DNA of 64,000 nucleotides from Nitrosopumilaceae archaeon (lineage in GTDB: Archaea > Thermoproteota > Nitrososphaeria > Nitrososphaerales > Nitrosopumilaceae): assembly GCA_965209085.1 (NCBI GenBank), contig OZ242376.1:1024001-1088000 (forward strand), given 5' to 3'. A program made the position numbers and the translations under genes. The notes under the pieces were generated by a model. That model ran no database searches. It saw nothing but the letters and a program-made list of their open reading frames with translations, and was not told where the DNA came from. This document shows, in pieces, positions 1 to 9,000 of the stretch; positions within the stretch are counted from its first letter, which is position 1; every line of letters begins with the position of its first letter.

Positions 1-3000
1 TAACGTCTATGATTTGGACGCCGTTTGTAGGAGAGGCCGATGCAAACAGTGCAAAAGTTGAGGCACCTATTGTTACGGTTGTAACGCTTTGTGCATTGTA
101 TAGTCGCGGATACTCTGTGCCGTTTACAAGTGTTGCAATAACAGAGGGGGATGCAGGTGAGCTGATGTCGAGTATACTAGTATTACCGATACCACCTGCA
201 GCTATGGCATATTGGGTATTATCTATTGTAAAGATGGATGTTTTGTATGCAGGTATGAAACCGGTATTATTAAATACTATACTAGGTAATGCAGGATTTG
301 TAACGTCTGCAATAATCCATGCTGCGCTGGATCCTTCCGTTAACAAGGCATATGTTTTACCACTTGTTTCAAACAGATTGATGGTAGTAGGAGGTATATT
401 GGTTGAAAAATCAGTACCTTTTGTTAGTATTCCACTCGGAGAGTGGATAAGTTTAGTTTCAAGTGCCAATTGCGCTACATTCAAAACATTCACAGTACGG
501 GATATGGTGTTACCTGGATTTCCTGCAACATCTGCAGGAGCTGCATAGGTTAGCGTGTACGTACCTATTGTATTTGTATTTACTGTATCACTGCTGTATA
601 CTATAATGTTCTCATACGAGGCATCTGATGCAATAGCACCCGGATCCGTAAAAATAGCCCCCTTTGCAACGTTTACATTGTCTGTACCGCGCAGCGATAT
701 GGCAGGTCTTATTGTATCAATTGTAACGTATGAATTGTCAGTTATTTCAGAGTTTGTCACGTATAAGATATTCCCTCTAGCATTTTCCAATAAAATGGTA
801 AACATTGCATCACCGTTTGGACTTTGATCAGATATTGTAGCAGAAAGGGTCACAGTATTGCCAGATATAACAGGTGTAGCATTTGTGCCAAACAGCGTAC
901 CGCTTACACTGGTCGGATCAAAGCTGTCCAAAACAAGTGTGAGTGATACTGTCTGCCCGGCGCGTGCAAAATTATCACTGCCAGTGCCTGATATGCCCAA
1001 AGATGTAACAAGTGTTTGCAAGCTATTCGATACGGTAACTGTTCGTGTTATACTAGGACCGGCATTTCCTGCCCCATCAGCTGCAGCAGTATACGTGTAC
1101 GTTACTGTAGAGTTTATCACGCTAGTATCCAAAGTGCCGATGATTACAGTAGTAAATGTATAAGGATAGTTTGGGTCCCCATCAGTTATGATTACACCAG
1201 GGATGGACGGATCAATTGAATTCAAAGGTACCATAAAAGATGAGTTGCCAATGAGGGATATTTCAGGTGCGATTGTATCGATGAATATGCGACTGTTCTG
1301 CGGTATGGCACTCTCTGTTACAAACAGGGTTGTACCCTCAGCGTTTACAACCTGTATTGCAAAGGTGATATTTGATTCAACAGGGGTGGCAGGTACTGTT
1401 ACTGTAGCGTTATAATTGGTACCAGTTATGGTTGCATTGGGGGTTAATTCGAGTATTTGGCCTGCATGCGATGAGATTGTATCATTTACGGTAAATGCAA
1501 TTCCCAATGTATCACCTGCTTTGGCATATGATTGGTCAGGATTACTGGTAGTTGAGATTACAGCAGAGGATCTCACACTTATGATTTGCAGACCATCATA
1601 TAATGATGTCACAAGGACATATGTTAAATCATTTATGCGTGCAAGAGCAATATCAGATGTACCATTCAGATTTGTATATCCACTAGTATCATCTGCAATA
1701 TTGTATGCCGGTAACGGGTTTTGTGGGTCTGTAATGTCTATAACTTGGATGCCATTATCACCATTTGATGCCACAAAGGCATACGTGGATAATCCTATTT
1801 GTTTTGCGACTATAGATAATGGGGCATTTAGTGTGTCATATCCGTCTATTCCGTCAGTAACTGAAGATACAGGGGAGGGGTTGTATGGGTCTGTAATGTT
1901 TATAATTTGGACGCCATTATCAGTTTTGGCTGCCACTAGGGCATACGTTGAGCCATCTATTGCTATCGTAGTGACATCCCATGCACCATCTAGTTCCGGA
2001 TATAATGTACCATCTGTAACCGAAGATGCAGGGGAGGGGTTGTATGGGTCTGTAATGTTTATGATTTGTACACCATTATCAACACTGGCTGCCACTAGGG
2101 CATACTGTGAGGATCCAATTGTTACGGTGGTAATGCCTTGTGCGCCATCTAGTACAGGGTATGTTGTACCATCTACTATATTTGATACATGTTTTAGACT
2201 GTCGGGGAATGTAGCGTTTACGATTTGGACGCCTTTATCAGTATTTTGGGAGGATATCAGGATATACGGTGTGGATCCTATTTTTATAGTGGTAACGCCA
2301 GTTGGAGAATTTACTGTCGGATATAAAGATCCACCGTCTATAGAACGGAGTACGGATGGTGATGCAGGATTGCTGAGATTGTAAATATTAACGCGGCTAG
2401 TAAAAGTTGACATGATGCCATACGGCAGACCGTCTACTGTAAGGATGGCCGAATCATGCGTAATAAAGCTGCCAATATTTTGTTCAGATATAACACTAGG
2501 TAATGCAGGATTTGTTATATCTAGAATAAAGAAATCATTGTTTGTATTAAATCCGTTGGTTACAAGAGCATATGTTTTGTCATTTATTTTAAACGGGTCT
2601 ATAGAGTTAAAGGTATAATCGCTGCTAAAATCAACGCCTCTGGTTAATTTTCCAGATGGAGATATAGATTGAAATTCAAGATCTAATGGCGGCACATCAA
2701 GGACATTCACAGTACGGGATATAGTGTTACCTAAATTTCCTGCACCATCTGCAGGAGCTGTATAGTTTAGCGTGTACGTACCTATTGTATTTGTATTTAC
2801 TGTATCATTGCTGTATACTATAATGTTCTCATACGAGGCATCTGATGCAATAGCACCTAAATCTATGAAATTGGCCCCGCGTGCCAGGGTTATATTTTCA
2901 GTACCGAGCAGAGATATCTCAGGTTTGATGGTATCAATGGTAACATACGAGCCATCCTTTATATCGATATTGGATATGCTAATTTGATTTCCGCTAGAGT

Positions 3001-6000
3001 TTGTCACGGTAATTGAAAATGTAGCATTTCCATCATCGCCAGATACGACAGTGGCAGTAAATTCAGCAGAACCGCCGGTTGTATCATTTACCAACTCTCT
3101 TCCAAGCAATGTTCCAGTGATATTGCCCAAATCGGAACCATCTGTGACAAGAGTGAGGGTTATGATTTTGCCTGCATTTGCATAATTGGTGCCTGATGAG
3201 CTTGCAATACTCAGCGAGTTGATTGTAATTGGTTCAGTCTCAACCACTGTAACTGTACGGGATATGCTATCTCCGAGATTTCCTGCATTATCAGCATCTG
3301 CCGTATACGTGTAAACAAAAACAGCGCCAAGTATGCTGGTATCAAGTGGAGGGTTTACTGTGGCGGTGTAAGTTCCCGAATAGTTTGGATCACCGTCTTT
3401 TGCAGTGGCACCGGGATCTGCATATGTGCTGCCTAAAACTATGGTTCCGTTTGCAGATCCTATCAGGGTTATGTTTGGAGGTATGGTATCGACAAATACG
3501 TTGGGACCGGTTAGATTATCTTCTGTAACAGTCAGGGTTGTTCCGTTGATGTTTGTAACAGTAAAGGTAAATGTAGCGTTTGATTCGGTTGCATTATTTG
3601 GAGTATTTAAATCTGCAAAGAGTTGACGGTCATTGCCACTAGTAATAAATTGAGTATCGGGGTCAGTGTTTAGAATTTGACCCGTATAGGTTATAATTGT
3701 ATAATTTACCGTCAACTCTAGATCCAGTCTATCGCCTGCTTTGGCGTATGATTTGTTGGTATTGAAAGATGTTATGGTAAACTCTGTGATACCAATTGGC
3801 AGTGTATCCTGTACGATAACATTCCGTGTTATGGTAGATCCTGTATTGCCTGCAGGATCATCTGGTGCAGTATAAGTGAGGGTATAATTACCAACTATTG
3901 CAGTATTTACATTGCCGGCTCCGGATACTTGTACGCTACTTGTTGCATATGATGCATCAGTTGCTGTGGCACCTGGATCCGTATAGGGGGAATTTGTTGC
4001 AACGCGAGTGTTGTTTTCACCGTTTAATGTTATGCTAGGTGCAGTTGTATCTATGGCAATATTTGATCCAGTCAGGTCTCTATTTGTAAATGTTGTAAAT
4101 GTGGAATTATCCTCGTTGTATGCGGTAATCAAAAATGTGACGCTGGCAGTATCGACAAAGGTTCCAGCAACTGTTACCGTGGCGGATGCATTATTGCCAG
4201 TGACAGTATATGCAACAGGATTGTTGGCAATTGTTCCTACAATATAATCAATCGTGCCGTTTGTAGCAAGCGTTACTATAATCACATCCCCGTCTTTGGC
4301 AAAAGAGGTGTTTACATTGTTGGATTCAATTGTCAGCGAATTCAGACCCAGAGGTTTTGCAAATACTGTAACTGTTCTAGTTTGTTGATCCGGCTCGTTA
4401 CCTGCAACATCCGCAGTGCCAGTATAGGTAATGTTTTGTGGGCCAAGTATCGCGGTGTTTAATGATGTGTTAGATACGGAACCTGCATATGATGCATTGT
4501 TACTATCTGATATTGTGGTGCCCGGATCCTGATATGTCTCACCCTGGAATACAGAACCTGCACCGCCAGTCAAAACAATTACGGGTTTTATCGTATCTAT
4601 TGTGACAAACGAGCCGTCTGTGGTGTCAGTAGTTATTATTGAAATTTGGTTGCCGCTAGAGTTTGTCACGGTAATTGAAAATGTAGCGTTTTCATTTGTA
4701 TCACCTAGCTGGACGGTAACAGTAAAGGTGGCATTGCCGCCGTTTGTAGTATTTGTAGATGATCTACCAAGCAGTGTTCCAGTAAAGTTGCCAAGATCCG
4801 AACCATCAGTGGCAAGTGTGAGGGTTATGATTTTGCCTGCATTTGCATAATTGGTGCCTGATGAGCTTTTAATAGTCAGCAAGGTAACATTTATTGGGTC
4901 AACATCCACTATCCGAACGATTCGGGTTGTGTTATCTCCGGGATTTCCTGCATTATCATCATGTGCTGTATACGTGTATTCGTAGATTGCACCAGGTATT
5001 GCAGTACTAAATGTGCCGTTTATGGTGGTGTTGTAAGTGCCCGAATAGTTTGGATCACCGTCTTTTGCAGTGGCACCCGGATCAGTATATTCGCTGTCTA
5101 AAACTATTCCACTGTCTGCAGGTCCTATCAGGGTTATGTTTGGAGGTATTGTATCGACAAATACGTTGGAACCAGTTAGATCGTTTTCTGTTACAGTCAA
5201 GGTTACTCCGTTGGCATTTGTAACCGTAATGGTAAAAGTGGCGTTTGATTCGATTGTACTAGTTGGAATTACACGACTTGCTGCGAGGGTACTACTTGAC
5301 GAAGAATTAGTAGTGAGTGAACCGTTTTGAATTTGTACCGTATCGCTTGTAATGGTATCGTTTATCACCAACGTTAGAGTCAGCACATCGCCAGCTTTTG
5401 CGTATTGGGTGTTTTGGTTGGAAGATGTAAATGTTAATATGTTAATTTTAATTGGCGGTGCATCCTGTACTGTAACAGTCCGTGTTATGACAGGTCCAAT
5501 ATTACCTGCAGGATCATCAGGTGCAGTATAAGTGAGAGTATAGATGGCATTTGTTGTAATATCTAAATTGCCGGTTCCGGATACCTGTACGCTATCTGTT
5601 GCATATGATGCATCAGATGCTGTGGCGTTTGGATCCTCATATGGTTGATTCCTGATAACAATGGTGTTGTTTGCACCGTTTAATGTTATACTTGGTGCAG
5701 TCGTATCTATAGTGACATATGATCTGTCTGTGATGTTAGCATTTGTTACTGATATTTGGTTGCCACTAGAGTTTGTCATGGTAATTGAAAATGTAGCGTT
5801 TTCATTTGTATCACCGGACTGGACGGTAACAGTAAAGGTGGCAACGCCGCCGTTTGTAGTATTTGTAAATGATCTATCAAGCAGTGATCCAGTAAAGTTG
5901 CCAAGATCCGAACCATCAGTGTCAAGTGTGAGGGTTATGATTTTGCCTGCATTTGCAAAATTGTTTCCAGAAGAGCTTGCAATACTCAGCGAGGTAACAT

Positions 6001-9000
6001 TTATTGGTTTAACGTCAACCACTGTAACTGTACGGGATATGCTATCTCCGAGATTTCCTGCATTATCAGCATCTGCCGTATACGTGTAAACAAAAACAGC
6101 GCCAAGTATGCTGGTATCAAGTGGAGGGTTTACTGTGGCGGTGTAAGTTCCCGAATAGTTTGGATCACCGTCTTTTGCAGTGGCACCGGGATCTGCATAT
6201 GTGCTGCCTAAAACTATGGTTCCGTTTGCAGATCCTATCAGGGTTATGTTTGGAGGTATGGTATCGACAAATACGTTGGGACCGGTTAGATTATCTTCTG
6301 TAACAGTCAGGGTTGTTCCGTTGATGTTTGTAACAGTAAAGGTAAATGTAGCGTTTGATTCGGTTGCATTATTTGGAGTATTTAAAAATGCAAGGAGTGT
6401 AATGTAGGTTTCAGCAAATAAAGTATCTGGGTTAGTGTTTAGAATTTGACCCGTATAGGTTGTAATTGTATCATTTACCGTCAACTCTAGAGTCAGTCTA
6501 TCGCCTGCTTTGGCGTATGATTTGTTGGTATTGGCAGTTGTAATGGTAAACGCTGTGATATCAATTGGCAGTGTATCCTGTACGATAACATTCCGTGTTA
6601 TGGTAGATCCTGTATTGCCTGCAGGATCAACAGGTGCAGTATAAGTGAGGGTATAGTTGTCAGCTGTTGCAATATCTACAGTGCCGGTTCCGGATACTTG
6701 TACGCTACTTGTTGCATATGATGCATCAGTTGCTGTGGCACCTGGATCCGTATAGGGGGAATTTGTTGCAACGATAGTGTTGTTTTCACCGTTTAATGTT
6801 ATACTAGGTGCAGTTGTATCTATAGTGACATGTGAGCTGTCTGTGATGTCAGCATTTGTTACTGATATTTGGTTGCCACTAGAGTTTGTCACGGTAATTG
6901 AAAATGTAGCGTTTTCATTTGTATCACCGGACTGGACGGTAACAGTAAAGGTGGCAACGCCGCCGTTTGTAGTATTTGTAAATGATCTGCCAAGCAAGGT
7001 TCCGGCGATATTGCCCAAATCAGAACCATCAGTGGTAAGAGTGAGGGTTATGATTTTGCCTGCATTTGCATAATTGGTGCCTGATGAGCTTGTAATACTC
7101 AGCGAGGTAACATTTATTGGGTCAGCATTAACAATCGTAACGCTTCTTGTCTGGTTTTCAGGTATATTACCAGCTGAATCCGCTTGTGCTGAATACGTGA
7201 CCAAATAACTAGCACCCAATACCGCACTGTTTATATTTTCAGATACGGTTGCGGATGTTTGTACATAGTTTGGATCATTGTCAGTTACTAGGGATCCATC
7301 ATCAATGTAAGTTGCATCTAGTGTCAAACTTTTATCGCTAGAACCTATCAGGGTTATTACCGGAGATTGTGTGTCTATATTGACATTGCTTGCAGTAATG
7401 TCCAATTCAGTTACAGTTTTTGTATTACCTGCACCATCAGAGATTGTAATGGCAAATACAGACGGGCCATTTGACGTATTCTCATCAATGTTCACACTGG
7501 CAGTGATGGTATTGCCAGGTACATTGGTTTGCGGTGTTTTTCCTAGTATGTGTCCATTTAGAAAAGATACAGGTTCATTTGCAACCAATGTGAGTGTTAT
7601 AGTATCAGATGATTTTGCAAATGCAGAATTGATATTGTCTGATGTGATAGAAAGTGAATTTAATGATGGCGCGATGGCATCTGTTGCAGTTACAGATCCA
7701 GAGTTTGCAATATTGCCTACAATATCAGATACACTCCCAATCAGTGTTATAACAGGTGTTGCATCTGCAGTAATGGGATCAGTTTCTATTCTCACCACAT
7801 TGTTTAAAACTGTTGCAGCAATTGCACTGATGCTGCCACTATCTATAGAAAAGTCGTTAGCGTTCAGGTTAGTGGAAGAAATGTCTTCATTGAATGTTAT
7901 TTCAATCGACGTTGTATCTAGTGTTCTAGCAGAAGACATGAAAGGTGGGGTTGTATCAGATATAGTAATTTGTTCTTTAAGCATTGCCAACCCCGTAATA
8001 TCACGCATTAATCCACTCATTTGTAACGTAGAGTTTGGCTGTAGTTTTCTATCAAATGTAAGACTGGTTGAGAGATTATCATTAGAAGTTGTAATACTGG
8101 TGATTACTCTTTGTGTCACATCTTTACTACCTACACCCTGAACCAAATCTATGAACGTTATCTCAAAGTCTTCTTCACTTATCAGGTCTTTACGTATTGG
8201 TTCGCTGTACGAGATATTCAAGTTGTAATAGTTGTCATATTCAGCTGATGTAATCGTTGGACGTATTCCGTCAGACACAGTTATGGTTGTTCCAATTGTG
8301 ATATTACTAGGTTGATACCTCGGAATACCAATATTAGTATCGGATATGTTGCCAGATATTGTTATAATAGGTGTGCTATCAGATGGCAGTTGATCTGTCG
8401 TAACCAAAATTATCTTGTTACGTTCAACTGATGCGCTTTGTAAAGACAATGAATCAGATAGTGTAAAGTCGGTCGTCTCAACATCTGCCATGTTTTTACT
8501 TAGTGTCAGAATGATCTTATTTCCATCGCCAGTTTCTGCCCTCAGTATTCTCGCAGGCAACAGAGTTTGATCCACTTTAATCGTAAAGTTTTTCAAAGCA
8601 ATGTTTTGCAGGTTATCAACAAAATTTTCTCTAGGGGCAAGTATTAGGTCTAGATTTGACTGGTTGAAAACAAATGGTAGGGGATCGGCGGGATTACCAT
8701 TAAATTGTATACCCAGATAACCATATACAGGGGTGATATGTGCTGGTTTCTTGTCATTTATTGTATAACCAGACACATCAAAAGTGACTATGTTATCATC
8801 AGACAACAATATCATAGTAAGAAAAATATTGGTGGATCCTCCATCATAACCCCAAAATGCGTTTATAGGGTATGGTCCCACTGTATCTGGTACGGTATGT
8901 GCAGTATACTCTATAGAGTTGCCACTACCATCTTTTATTACAGAATCAAGTATCTCAATGAGGGGAGTATCAACACTTGACAAAACGGTTGTGTTTAACA

